From Mytilus californianus (Eukaryota), in assembly GCF_021869535.1 (NCBI RefSeq), contig NW_026262679.1, forward strand, positions 118,420,001-118,484,000: a stretch of DNA of 64,000 nucleotides, given 5' to 3'. The notes beneath the pieces are model-generated. The model had not been told where the DNA came from. It did no database searches and saw only the letters and a list, made by a program, of their open reading frames with translations. The position numbers and the translations under genes are program-made. The stretch's first letter is position 1. Each line of letters opens with the position of its first letter. Shown here piece by piece: positions 48,345-61,713 of this stretch.

Positions 48345-50500
48345 TTTAATACAAACGCAAAAATATTTTGCGGTCGTATATTGGTATGACGTTGGCGTCG
48401 GCGTCCGAAGACGCATCGGTTTTCACACTCTAAATTTGGTTAAAGTGAATGGATCTCTATGAAATTTAACCATAAGGGTCAATACCACAAAAGGAAGGTT
48501 GGGATTGATTTTGGGGGTTATTATACCAACAGTTAAGGAATTGGGGGCCAATAATAAGCATTTTTGTCGAGCCTTCCACTTTAGTCGAAAAAGCGAGACA
48601 TAGCGATCCTACATTCCGTCGGCGTCGTCGTTGTCGTCTGCGGCGTCCACAAATATTCACTCAGTGGTTAAAGTTTTTGAAATTTTAATAACTTTCTTAA
48701 ACTATCCTGGATTTCTACCAAACTTGGACAGAAGCTTGTTTATGATCATAAGATAGTATCCAGAAGTAAATTTTGTAAAAATAAAATTCCTTTTTTCCCG
48801 TATTTTACTTGTAAATGGACTTAGTTTTTCTGCCTGGAAACATTACATTCACTCTGTGGTAAAAGTTTTTAAAATTTTTTATAACTTTCTTAAACTATCC
48901 TGGATTTCTACCAAACTTGGACAGAAGCTTGTTTATGATCATAAGATAGTATCCAGAAGTAAATTTGTTAAAAAAAAAATTTCATTTTTTCCGTATTTTA
49001 CTTATAAATGGACTTAGTTTTTCTGCCAGGAAACAAAACATTCACTCTGTGGTTAAAGTTTTTAAAATTTTAATAACTTTCTTAAACTATCCTGGATTTG
49101 TACAAAACTTGGACAGAAGCTTGTTTATGATCAAAAGCTAGTATCTAGAAGGAAATTTTGTTAAAATTTTGTACCTGTTTATCCGTATTTTACTGATAAA
49201 TGGACTTAGTTTTTCTTCCAGTTAACATTAAATACAGTCTGCAGTTAAAGTTTTTAAAACATTTATTAGATTCATAAACTATCCTTGATTTATACCAAAC
49301 TTTGACAGAAGCTTCTTACAATCAAAAGATAGTATCTAAAGGAATATTTTTATTGATTTTTTTCCTCATTTTTGTTGAGCCTGTGATTAACAGCAAAAGT
49401 AGGCGAGACAATGGGTTCTGCAGAACCCTTACGAATTTTTGTAACTTCCAGACATAACTTGTGTGTTATTGTATGGATCTCTCTGACATTGTACCACAAG
49501 GTTCCATATCACAAAGGGAATGCTTGGATGGATTTTGGGGGTAATTGCCTCAAAATTTTAGGAATTAGGGGCCAAAAAAGGGGCAGTAAACAAGCATTTT
49601 TCTAGTTTCATGACAATAACTTGTGTGTAAGTGTATGGATCTTTCTAAAATTGTTCTGCAAGGTTCCATATCACAAAGGGAAAGCTGGAATTGAGTTTGG
49701 GGGTAATTGTCCAAAACGTTTTGGAATAATGGGCCAAAAATAAGCATTTTTCTAGTTTCCAGACAATAACTTGTGTTCAAGTGTATGGATCTCTCTGAAA
49801 TTGTACTGCAAGCTACCATACCACAAAGGGAAGGCTGGGATTGATTTTGGGGGTAAATGCCTCAAAATTGTAGGAATTGAGGGCCATAAAGGGGCAAAAA
49901 ACAAGCATTTTTCTAGTTTCAGGACAATAACTTGTGTGTAAGTGTATGGATCTTTATGAAATTGTACTACAAGGTTCCATATCTCAAAGGAATAGCTCGG
50001 TTTGAGTTTGGGGGTAATTGCCCTTAACGTTTAGGAATTTGGGGCCAAAAAGGGGCCAAAAAACAAGCATTTTTCTAGTTTCCAGACAATAACTTGTGTT
50101 CAGGTGTATGGATCTCTCTGAAATTGTACTGCAAGGTACCATACCACAGAAGGGAAGGCTGGGATTGAGTTTGGGGGTGACGAATCATAAGGGTTTCAAA
50201 AAATTGGGGGGGGGGGGATTTTTGTTTCCTTTTTTTTCTTTAAAATTTTCCATTTTAAATTGGTTATTTTTGATTTATATATAATTGCAAATAATAATGA
50301 TATGGTTTGAATAAGTAAATTAAAATTTTTTAAGTTCTTAGACCACATTCATTCTGTGTCAGAAATCTATGCTGTGTCAAATATTTAATCACAATCCAAA
50401 TTCAGTGCTGTATCAAGCTTGAATGTTGTGTCCATACTTGCCCAAACATTTCAGGGTTCAACCTATGCGGTCGTATCAAGCTGTGCCCAGCGGAGCATTT
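48345..50500 (+). mobile_element. Outer HINE-like element with ~150-162-bp tandem units, split by a nested element
   Basis: gcggtcgtat near both ends; the anchor gtatggatct recurs at ~49471, 49633, 49783, 49944 and 50106; first unit at ~48440. Confidence 0.75.
48561..49440 (+). mobile_element. Inner HINE-like element with ~192-bp tandem array (~3.8 copies)
   Basis: Starts tttttgtcgagcc...gcgagacatagcgatcc with a GTC microsatellite; units at 48656, 48848, 49041 and ~49233; ends gcgagacaat + perfect palindrome gggttctgcagaaccc (49413-49428) + T-run. Confidence 0.85.
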
Positions 50501-50701
50501 TATTGTTATTGATTTCTTGCCAGAATTTTAGCCCCCACCTCAGTAAAATAGAAAAATGCATTAAACATGAAATGACATAATATGTAATTAGGGTCTACCC
50601 CAAACTGGATTGGCATATTTTCATATTACCATGGAATGATTTGCTTCAGTAATGCATAGAAGCCACTTAGTCAGTAGATAACTGATAAAACTTCCTGTAA
50701 G

Positions 50702-50962
50702 TAATTCCCCCGAATAATTCAGTCCCTCCTTGTAATCGATCTCTCCTACTCCAGGCTACTTGTGAGGGCCTGAATTCTTATCAAGCTAAAAACTCTTCAT
50801 GAATCCTGGATTTTGATTGGTGCCCTGTAGGAGAGGTGACCAATCAGCAGTGAGCGCAATTTTATCAAGATGGGACGATATTTCATTGTCTATGCATTCA
50901 GGCTTTAATGAAGTAATTGTAGATCAGGGGAATATAACGACTGAATTATACGGGTTAGTAAG
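50702..50962. mobile_element. Small MITE-like element
   Basis: cccgaataattcagtc (50709-50724) and gactgaattatacggg (50939-50954) are inverted with 1 mismatch. Confidence 0.6.
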
Positions 50963-51061
50963 TATTTGGGTTATTATATATTTATAGAATGTTATACATG
51001 TAGAAGTTTCTTGCTATATATAGTGGAATGCTAAACCAGGCTTATGTTTGTTGTTTTACAG

Positions 51062-51152
51062 TTATTTTGGGAGAAGCGTCTTCAAGGTTTCCATGCAGTA
51101 GACAGTAGTGAAGATATTCTAAAGGCGTTAGATTTACCAAGAAATGTACAAG
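51062..51152 (+). CDS. MBD2/3: MBD2/3 exon 4 (LFWEKRLQGFHAVDSSEDILKALDLPRNVQ)
   Basis: ttttacag|TTA...CAA G|gtattt; 91 nt; LFWEKRLQG motif. Confidence 0.95.
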
Positions 51153-52240
51153 GTATTTGGTTGCTGCACCCAGAGTAATGCATAATGAATTTTTAAAAAT
51201 GCCATTTATTAAGTTAGATTAAATCACTGGCATCAGTTTGCCAAATGTTTATTTAATGCTATTGCCCTTAAGTGTTTCAATATAGAATGTGTAAAGGTTA
51301 TATAGCACTCTCGTGGAAATATATCTATATTTTATATGACAAACATATGTTACACTTTGTTTGTCTGTCTATGCATGTCTAGTAAAAATTCAAGTTATAT
51401 ATATCCACAATGACTTATTTTTGTCTTGCCTCGAAGCAAGACTAAGGCTTGCTGTTTTCTGGCAGCAGTGTTGGCATCAACAATGTATTAATTTATGATT
51501 GTCAGTTTATGGGGAACCACTAGGGGTATGTAAATGATATTTGGTATGCAGTTTTGTTAACATTGGCACATATCATTTCCATCGACATTGTTTGTCCACA
51601 CCCAATCAGTCATGGTGTATCAACTTGAAAACTTTGATATAGTTTTCATATTAAAGTTTTTAATTAGGTTAGTTTATGATGAACCTCTAAAGGTAAGTCA
51701 ATGTTTTGTATGCAGTTGTATTAGCATTTGCATATCTTATTCCAATTTGTATATTTTATTCCATTAATTATTATATGGCCTGGCCACCTCATTATGGTTC
51801 ATTGACTTTGACACTTTTGCATAGTTGATATGTAATAGTTTGAGTTAAGGTAAGTTTAAAGACAACCACTTATGATAAGTCAATGGTATTTAGTTGCAGT
51901 TGTATAAGAATTGGCATTTCTCATATCACAGAGGTTATTTGGTCATGTACCTTCAATCATTGACTTTGAATGTTTTGCATACTTTACATGCTAAAATGTT
52001 GGCATTTTAATTTCAACATTTGCATTATGTTATCAAAATAAAGGTGAGACATATCTCTGTGTCAACAGTTGATTACATAATTTTTGGTTTTACAAATACA
52101 AATGCCATGGAACTTGCATTGTTTAAAATTGAAAACTTCAGTTGTAAACTGAAAGAAAAATAAATCAGTGTAATGATTTTCAGGTTGCAAAAATTACAAA
52201 AAATTTCCATTTTATGATTTGAACTTTGATATTGTTTTAG

Positions 52241-52395
52241 GTGTTGGACCAGAGCTAAGCACAGAGAACATTCTACAAAGTATTTCAGCAGCATTACACA
52301 TGAATAATGGTCCAGTTATGGGACAGACAAATAATAAACAAGCTCTGTCTAAAAACCCTGGTGCTAATATAGATGCAAATCAACCTCACATTCAA
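52241..52395 (+). CDS. MBD2/3: MBD2/3 exon 5 (GVGPELSTENILQSISAALH...NPG...QPHIQ)
   Basis: ttgttttag|GT...CAA|gtaaga; 155 nt. Confidence 0.95.
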
Positions 52396-53485
52396 GTAAG
52401 AGTTCTATTTAATTTTTGATTGGTGCACATCATCAGTTTTTATAAAGTTAGATATTTAGCAGTAGTATGAATTAAAACTATAAATGGAAATACCAACTGA
52501 ATAGTTTAATAATGCCGATGCAACATACTGGACATGTTTGATATGAATAAAAGGAGATCTAAGGTATACAACAATAAGACAGCAAACCCAACAATGCAAC
52601 AAACCACTAGACATCTAGAGGGCACCACATAGACTTAAACCACAAATAATTGCCTATTTATTATAAGTCCAGCTCTTAATCATCCATAGTTTAAAAGAGA
52701 GGCAAAAGATACCAAAAGAACATTCAAACTCACAAGTGGAAAATAAACTGACAATGCTATGGCAAAAAAAGAAAATTGCCAACAGACAAACAACAGTTCA
52801 CAAAACACAACATAGAAAAGCAAAGACTGAGCAACACGAACCCCATCAAAAACGGGGGGTGATCTCAGGTGCTCCAGAAGGGTAGGCAGATCCTGTCTTG
52901 TTGCTCATGTTAGTACAAACCTGGTGATAAGTCTAATTCGATAGGTCGTTTTAAAAAAGTTATAAATTTAACAATCAAAGATGTGCCAACAACCAGAACT
53001 TCCCTAAATAATAAAAAAAAAAAAACATTACCAGTAAGAATTGTGTAATGACAACAAATGACATGGTTCATAACTTGTTCATAAACATCTGACAGTGTAA
53101 AACTAGTATTTCTCACATTCAGTCTTGCATATGTGGGTTGTTCATGACCTCATTTCAAGAACATTTATTATATAAACAATTCATCATAAATATAAAGAAT
53201 GCCCTTGTCAACAGATTGTTTCATGTGATTTTTACATGAGCAACACCTGATATTTTTAAAAACAGCTCTTCATTAATAGATTCAGATAGAATTGTCCAGC
53301 TGCAAGATAAGTAGTTAATACAGATGGAAACTTTTCCAGTAACAAAATAAAAAAATATTCATTTGATAACCATTTTGCAAAAATCAATTAAATTGCTTAT
53401 TATGACTTGAATATTTTTCATAAATCTTGATAATCTTTGACATGTATTTAATTCTGTTTGACATAAGTTTTTTCCTTCTTTTTAG

Positions 53486-53581
53486 CAAACAATGATTACA
53501 GAAGAAGATATAAAACGACAAGAGATGAAAGTCATCGAGGCCAGAAGACGATTAGAAGAAGCTATGAAAGGATTATTGTGA
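53486..53581 (+). CDS. MBD2/3: MBD2/3 exon 6 (QTMITEEDIKRQEMKVIEARRRLEEAMKGLL*; GATAD2/p66-binding coiled coil)
   Basis: ttccttctttttag|CAA...TGA; 96 nt. Joined CDS 762 nt = 253 aa plus stop. Confidence 0.95.
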   Translation, partial: QTMITEEDIKRQEMKVIEARRRLEEAMKGLL

Positions 53582-55399
53582 TGATCAATATTCACTCAAA
53601 ACTCATTTTGTTGCATGCAGCGGGATTTATTCGAAGTAGAGTAATGGATGTGGCTTGCTAAAAGCCTAAATGAAAGGTGTTTTTATAACATTAGCCACAG
53701 TCCCATGGTTGAGAAATGGACAGAAGAAGAAATGTAACTGTTGAGAATTATGAAGTGTGATTTAATGTACATATTTCAAAACATTTTTTTTTCAATTAAT
53801 GGCAGCTTCTGATGAATTGTATCTTGTTGAGAAAAATTGTTTCAGGTTTATGAATCTAATGATTTGATTGATATTCTGTAAACTGTATAATAAGCCTGTT
53901 TATCAATTGCATGATAATTCATACTAGCTACACTTTCATTTTGAATGTCTTCTTGGTTTAATAATACCTAGAAAGAAGAAATTAACACTTAGTGTTTTGG
54001 ATGTAATCCACTCAACATATTTTTCTTCTGGTTTTCCCCATAGCCCAAATAGCAATGCTGTTGCCATCTCTTGTCTTATAATATCCTCCTCATCAAACTG
54101 CAAACTTTTCTTACCTAGTATGAAGCAAAGTGATCTCCTTTTTATTCACCTGTCCCAAAGGCCTAGTGTGAGCTATTGCCATCATATAGTATCGGTTGTC
54201 CTTTGATTTAAAAATATCTTCTCTGAAACTTCTTGGTCAATCAGAACATAACATAGCCATAATCATCCTTTGAGTTTCAAAAAGTGTCTGACATGTCCAC
54301 CATGGCTAAAAATAAAACATTGGGTTGAAAGGCAAGTATTGTCTAATATCTATAAAACTGCTATAGATAGAGATTTCTGGTGGGACATAAATGTTCAGAA
54401 TGTCAAGATTTAAGAACTATCCATTTGGATGAAATTATTAGATTCCTTATATGAGTTATTATTCATCACTTTCCAAAATACATCCCAGATTCTTACCTCA
54501 TAAATTTCTTATTCTCTGGTACATTTTCACCAGTGTTTTATCGTAACTTGAACCTAAAAGACCTTTATAATGTTACCCTTGTAGTAAATATCACTTATCA
54601 ATAGGGTAAGATAAGGGAAAGGAAAAGCAGCCTCTGATGTGTACGTGTATAATTTTTACAAAAAAATCATATTTAAAGGAATTGATAAAATGAAGCAATA
54701 AATAACGTAATAGTTTTTATTTCAATCTTTTTATATTTTCTTTAACTTTATTTATTTTATTTTGTATCAGTTTTTCTCATTAGCCTTTCTATTTTGTTAG
54801 ATGTAACTTCCTAATGGACAAGTTCTCTGTGATGGTAAAACAGAATCTGCTCTCTTATTTACCAGAAGAATTTGAACAAGAATCATGATTTTTTTATACA
54901 AGTTGTATATTTCATAAAATGCATTCTGTCATCTTTTTTTTATAAAATAAAACTTTACAATGCACTTGTTTATTACTCAGACATTTCAAGTTTTTAATTC
55001 ATTACATTGTACAAGCAAAATCATTGGATAATATTGTCGATTTAAAATTTTTCTCTGAGATTTGGAATATTTTCACGAATGATTATCTTCAATCATCCAA
55101 CTTGTCTGGACTTTTTTCATGTGACTAGAGATATTTGAGTTAATTTTGTGATTATTTGTTTATAAGTGTATTACAATAAGTTATAAATTTAGATTATATT
55201 TAGTGTTGGATGACTTCCTTTTCACAGAGTTACAACCCTTTGACTTAAGGCAAAGGCAATTTGTGTCATTCCACCATTTCTAGTTTTTCCATTAACTCAA
55301 TTGAGAAACAAATTGGGCAAAAACGAAGTTTAAAATAATTTCATAAGGAAAATCAACCTTTCATCTTTTGTGTGTGTATGGGTATGGGGTATGAATAAG

Positions 55400-58300
55400 G
55401 TTATCCGACTTCGACCTCATTTTCTTGTTCTATTGCTCAAATCTACATATCTACATTTTCACGGTTAAGTCAGTTTTTCAAAAACTTCAAGCAATAGGTC
55501 AACTATATTTGGTGTATGGAATGATTGTTAGGTATTCATGTAGATATGGCAGGGTTCATTTGTCCTTCCATCTCATTTTTGTCTCTCCTGCGACAACAGT
55601 CCAGGAAAGTGAAACACAGGTATTGCTTTTCCAGCATCTTTGGATGGAGGAGGAGGCATCAACAATTGCTAAGTTTTCTGCCTAATTTAGTTTGATAGGA
55701 ACTACTTGTGACAGATCAATGATATTTTCTATAAAGTTGCATTGCTATCAGTACATATCAGTTTTACTGCTATTTCGAGGCCCTGCCTCGTAGGTCAAGG
55801 TCCAGTGACTTTCAATTAATATGCAGTTTTTAATGTTAAGTTTTCTGCCTAATTTATTTTGATAGGAACTACTCGTGATAGATCAATGATATATGCTATA
55901 AAGTTGCATTACTATCAGTACAAATCAGTCTGATGGCTATTTCAAGGTCCTGCCCCCTAGATCATGGTCCAACAACTTTGCATTGATGACATAGGGATTA
56001 CAATCGGGCAGCGACAGAGTGAACTATTTGTTTAAAGCTTTATATTTCAGAAGGTAGAAGACCTGGATGATTAACACCTTGTATGCAGATGCCTCATGAT
56101 TAGAAGTTTCCATGAGTCATGTGTCCATTGTCCTTGACCTCTTTTTCATGGTTCAGCAACAGCTTGAAATTTTTTTTATCTTTTTTATGCCCCCGCCGTA
56201 GGGGAGGGGGCATTAAGTTTTACCCTTGTCCGTCTGTACGTACGTACGTCCGTCCCAAAATTGGTTTCTGTTCCCTAACTTTAGTTTGCCTCAACCAAAT
56301 GTTATGAAACTTATACACAATGCTTATTACCACAAAACACAGATCAAGTTTGAATTTTGGTGGCGTCACTTTTACCGTTCTAGAGTTATGCCCCTTTACA
56401 AATGGAAAAATTGCTGAATTTTTCGTTTCCTTTCTCTAACTTTAGTTTGTCTCAACCAAATGTTATCATTATACACAACCGTTCTAGAGTTATGCTTGCT
56501 TACAAATAGAAAAATTGCTGAATTTTTAGTTTCTGTTCTCAACCAAATGTTATGAGACTTACACACAATGCTTATTACCACAAAACTCAGTTTAAGTTCA
56601 AATTTGGGTAGCGTCATTTTTACCGTTCTTCAGTTATGTCCCTTTATAACTATATGATATGTAAGCGGGGGCATCATCTGTGTCCACATGTGGACACTAT
56701 CCACATTTATTTTGTCATGTGAACTTCTCACTTATTATGAGTAATAATTTGTTATATGGGTTCATTGCAAGGTCTACTGTCCTTCAGATATGGTTCACGA
56801 GACCTGGATCTCATTTTATGGATCAGCGATATCAGTTTATGTGGTCAAGTCTGTATCTCGGATATTATAAGCAAAGGTCAACTATAATTTTGGTATGGAA
56901 TGATTGTAATTTGTGCATGTATAACTGGCAGGTTTCATCTTACCTTGGCCTCATTTTCATGGTTCATTGGTCAATCTTACTTTTTATCTGATTTAATTTA
57001 TTTTTCAGATGCCATAAGCAATAGGTTAACTATATTTGGAATATAGAAGGATTGTAACATGTACATATCCATCAGACAGAATTCATATGACTTTGACCTC
57101 ATTTTCATGGTTCATTGGTCAATGTTAAGTTTTCGTTGATTTGTCTCTTAATCAAATACTACAAGCAGTAGGTCAACTATATTTGGTGAATGGATGTTGT
57201 CCGACATGGTTCATTGGTCAATGTTAAATTTTCATAATTAGGTCTGTTTCTCTGATACCATAAGCAATTAGGTCATCTCTATTTGGTGTGTGGTTTGATT
57301 TTAAGGTGTACATGTCTGTCTGGCAGGATTCATCTGACCTTTACCTCATTTAAATTGATCATTGATAATGTTAATTTTATTTGAAATTTATAGTAAAACC
57401 TTCATATTACATACTTTCAAATTAAATTCAATCATTGTTTTTTAATACATGTATCTTGTTTTTGTTTGTTTTCTTAGTGAGAAATGCTAGCATGAACAGA
57501 ATGTTTTACTATGCATATTTTATTCATTTATAATACATGTACCATTTTGCTAAAATATTTTTTCAAAATTGCACTTTGAATTCATCTCTTCAAACTGGTT
57601 AAAAATTTTAGCACATTGCTAGTACATGTTTGGTAGGGTTCATATGATCTTGACCTCATTTTTGTCGAGCCTGCGCCTTTTGTCGAAGAAAGCTCGACAT
57701 AGGGATAGTGATCCGGCAACAGCGGCAGCCTTAGCTAACTTCTTAAAAGCTTTATATTTTAGAAGGTGGAAAACCTGGATGCTTCATACTTTGTATATAG
57801 ATGCCTTATGTTATGAAGTTTCTGTCTGTCACATGACCATTGTCCTTGACCTCATTTTCATGGTTCAGTGACTACTTGAAAAAAAAGTTAAGATTTTTTG
57901 TAATGTTAATTTCTCTCTTATTATGAGTAATAGGATAACTATATTTGGTATGTGCGTACCTTGCAAGGTCCTCATGCCCGTCAAAACAGTTTTCACTTGA
58001 CCTCATTTCATGGATCATTGAACAAGTTTAAGTTTTGGCGGTCAAGTCCATATCTGAGATACTATAAGCAATAGGTCTAGTATATTTGGTGTATGGAAGG
58101 ATTGTATGGTGTACATGTCCAACTGGCAGGTGTTATCTGACCTTGACCTCATTTTCATGGTTCAGTGGTCAAAGTTCAGTTTTTGTGTTTTGGTCTGATT
58201 TTCTCATACTGTATGCAATAGGTCTATATTTGGTGTATGGAAAGATTGTAAGGTGTACATATCCAACTGGCAGGTGTCATCTGACCTTGACCTCATACTA

Positions 58301-59200
58301 TATTTGGTGTATGGAAATATTTTATGATGAACATGTCAGTCTTGCAGGTTTTATATGACCTTGACCTCATTTTCACGGTTCATTGCTCAGTATTAAGTTT
58401 GTGTTTTGGTCTGTTTTTCTTAAATTATAAGCAATAGGTCAACTATATTTGTTGTATGGAAGGATTGTAAGCTGTACATGTCTGCCTGTCATGGTTCATC
58501 TGACTTTGACCTAATTTTCATGGTTCATTGGTCAATGTTTAGTTTTTCTTGGTTAAGTCTGTCTCTTAAACTATAAGCAATAGGTCAACTATATTTAGTG
58601 TATTGAATGATTGTAAGGTGTACATGTATTTCTTCTTCGTTTATATGACCTTGACCTCATTTTCCTAGATCATGTTAAGTTTATATGATAGTTGTAGTAA
58701 AGCTTTATATTTAGGACAATCAACATAATATAAATGGTTAGTAAAGAAGGTGAGACATTTCAGCGTGTGCACTCTTGTTTATCATATATATGGTTCATTG
58801 GTCAATGCCAAGTTTTCTTTGCTTTTGTCAGTTTATCAGATACTTTGAGCAATGGGTCAAATATAATTGGTGCATGGAATTATTGTAAATGTACAGGTCA
58901 GTCTGGCAAGGTTCATATGATCTTGACCTCATTTTCATGCTTTCATCAGTCAATACAAGGCTTTTTGTGGTTTGGTCTATCAGGTACTATAAGCAATAAG
59001 GCCACTATATTTGGTGTATGGAATGATTTAAGTGTACATGTGAGTCTGGCAAGGTTCATCTGACCTTGACCTCATTTTCATGGATTATTGACAATGTCAA
59101 GTGTATACGATACTTGTAGTAAAGCCTTCATATTAAAAAAATTTCAACATATATTTAATTATAAGTAAAGCAGGCGATACATTTCAGTGTGTGCACTCTT
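55400..59200 (+). repeat. Cluster of HINE-like elements with ~145-bp satellite-like units and other elements inserted at ~55585, ~56184 and ~57660
   Basis: Recurring ctgaccttgacctcattttcatggttca...caataggtcaactatatttggtgtatgg; anchors 58359/58504/58649 spaced 145 bp; terminal block gacatttcagcgtgtgcactctt at ~58755 and ~59177. Confidence 0.85.
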
Positions 59201-59275
59201 ATTCTTGTCATATGGTTTTGATTGGCCCCTTGGTTTCCTTTCAATATTTGTTCATAAACACTCAACAGACAGCTA

Positions 59276-60183
59276 CCGTAGAAAGGCTTGTATAGTCCGC
59301 AGTTTTATTCTCCAAAATTGGACCTTCCAGACGGGGGGCGGACTATAGAGTACAATAAGCAAGAAATAAGAGAAAAATTTCAATTTCGCGGGCGAGGTGG
59401 TTTGTTTACGTTCCGCCATCTTTGTTATTTATATTGTAGAGGGCGCTCTTATCTTTTTTCAAACTAATAATTTTAACTCATCCATATTAATAAGTTATTT
59501 CTATTCAATATCAAATTAATACTGATAAATATAAAAACTAAATCTTTCATTACAAATTTCTCGTTTCTTTTCAATGCATTGGTTGAAATAAATTGGTATC
59601 TGCTTGATTGAAACGATACAAACATAGTGAAAAAGACAACCGTAAACCAGCTTAGAATTTGTAAACTACAAAACGTAATCGGTTATTGTTCGTTCCGTTT
59701 TGGTGTTTCATACTGACTTATATGGTTTGTATTAGCTTAAGACCCTTCAAACATTAATGTGATAGATATATTAAAGACTGTTTTACAAAAGGATGGAACT
59801 GTTTTACTTTCAAAGTCGTATTATAGTGATATCTGTTATGTACGGATTTCGACTCTCACCGGTTAATTTCTTCTTTTACACGTGCTTTTTAAACTTCCTG
59901 TTTAAACATACACAAGTTTCTAAATTGTTTTTAAAGTGAATTAAACTTATTTTAACAATTATGAAGCGTTCTAGAATCATTTACAAGCAGTTTCAGCTTC
60001 TGTTTGATGATGGAAAACAGGTTTTTCCAAGAAAATACCGCAAACGACCGCACAGGATTTGAAATTACCGGAGTTTCATTAGACCTTTTCTAACAGTTAC
60101 AAAAAGTTTTTTTACCTAAAATTTCGTGGGGAGAAGGGGGTGCGGACTATGTACCAGTGCGAACTATACAAGCCTTTCTACGG
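59276..60183. mobile_element. Tc1/mariner-superfamily MITE (Tc2/pogo-like CCGTA termini, TA TSD)
   Basis: ta|ccgtagaaaggcttgtatagtccgca ... tgcgaactatacaagcctttctacgg|ta: 26-bp TIR with 1 mismatch; subterminal gcggactat repeats. Confidence 0.85.
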
Positions 60184-61424
60184 TATCTATTTAACCAGAT
60201 CTACATTTCACGTTTAATGACTTTTTAGTGATTGTGTATAGGTTCAGTTCACAATGGCTATGGTGATAGTTCAATATAGTCTATTTTTATGTGCTTGAAC
60301 AATATTGATATATATCACAAGTTCCTAGCCTATGTGTCAGGACAATGTACAAGGTTTGTGCACCAATAAAGAAACAGATATATCGTCCAAACATAGTTCA
60401 GTTTAGATAAAGCACAATTCAAAATTGGTCACACTGTATCTTCACCTCGAGATGTCTTCATATTTTTTTGTTTTCAAGAATTAGATACCATGTCTCAAAA
60501 ACATTTATCACAAGGGAAACAAGAACATAAGTATTTGTAAAAATAACCTTTGAAAATCATGAAATATTATAATAATTTGTCATTGTGTCTTTGTAACTTC
60601 AATAAGTGACAACTCTACAAATATGTAATAAACTTTTATTTCCACCTTTCATAAATACACTATTCAATGGACCCAAGACATGCGTACTTCTAACAAATGA
60701 CAAGTTTTCTGCATCAATGCACCAATATATATATATATATTAATTCTCTTAACATTCAATAACAAGTATACTGATTAAAATATTCAGTAAGGTTTGATTG
60801 TTCTTGTGGAAGAAAAATTCTAATATTATTTAACAAATACTGAATTTATTCATACATCCATGCCCTCAAAAGGGGGCATGTGTAAATTCAATGAAGAGTT
60901 CAGAACTGTTATTGTAAAAGTAAAGAAAATTCTAGATAGAAACAGAATAAAAGTATAAATACAATTATTGATTAGCTATCAAAAACAAAATAGTGAAGAT
61001 TGCATTAGGAAAAATGACAATTTGAACTGGAAACATAATTTTCATCATTGTTTCTAAATATCCATAAAAAACAGTTCTATGGTATCAAATGTGTGCCTGC
61101 AAAGACATCATTGAAAACATGTATGCAATTATTGCAGTTGTCAACCACTCAGTTCCAACCGAATTACACCTATAGTCCTGTCAATCATCATATCAACATC
61201 CCTGTTGTAGCATGAATCAAACAATAAATTATAAATCACAGCTTAAGTTTATTTGGTGTAAAAGTAGAGTGAACTAAGTAGAAAAAGAATACCATTAATG
61301 AGATGTTCCCACAAAAATGATCAGTTAAAATATACAATTTACAAGACATAAAACAGTTACTCTAATCCATTCATAAGTCCATTCAGTCACTCAGACATCA
61401 GCATATATACACCATCTCTCAGGT

Positions 61425-61541
61425 TTACAATTCTGTTTTAGATTTCTTTGACTTCTTCTTTTTCTTTTCTCCTTCATATTTTAGACCATCTGTAGATTCT
61501 TTTTTCAAATATTCTAGAAAATCAGCAACCTCTCGTCCACC
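61425..61541 (-). CDS. PDIA3: PDIA3/ERp57 last exon (GGREVADFLEYLKKESTDGLKYEGEKKKKKSKKSKTEL*)
   Basis: gtttttcag|GGT...TAA; 117 nt; basic tail and KTEL retrieval signal. Confidence 0.92.
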   Translation of the reverse strand, partial: GGREVADFLEYLKKESTDGLKYEGEKKKKKSKKSKTEL

Positions 61542-61603
61542 CTGAAAAACATTCACGATGGGGTGATTAAGTATTTTAAATCATGCATTTTTTCTAAAAT
61601 AAA

Positions 61604-61713
61604 GCAAATATTTTTCCATTGTATGATCTTTTTTTCTTACTTTTTTAAAAGGATGTGAGCAAATATTTTTTTCCATTGTATTATCTTTTTTCATACTTTT
61701 TTAAAAGGATGTG
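61604..61713. repeat. 55-bp tandem duplication in a PDIA3 intron
   Basis: gcaaatatttttccattgtatgatctttttttcttacttttttaaaaggatgtg at 61604 recurs at 61659. Confidence 0.85.

Noticed and set aside
48656-50180. Regular repeats read as a CRISPR array
   Set aside because: Units are 150-192-bp head-to-tail copies with no unique spacers, in eukaryotic intronic DNA with no cas genes.
53644-53706. SECIS element after the MBD2/3 TGA
   Set aside because: Lacks the AUGA/GA quartet geometry, and MBD2/3 ends at a normal position after its coiled coil.
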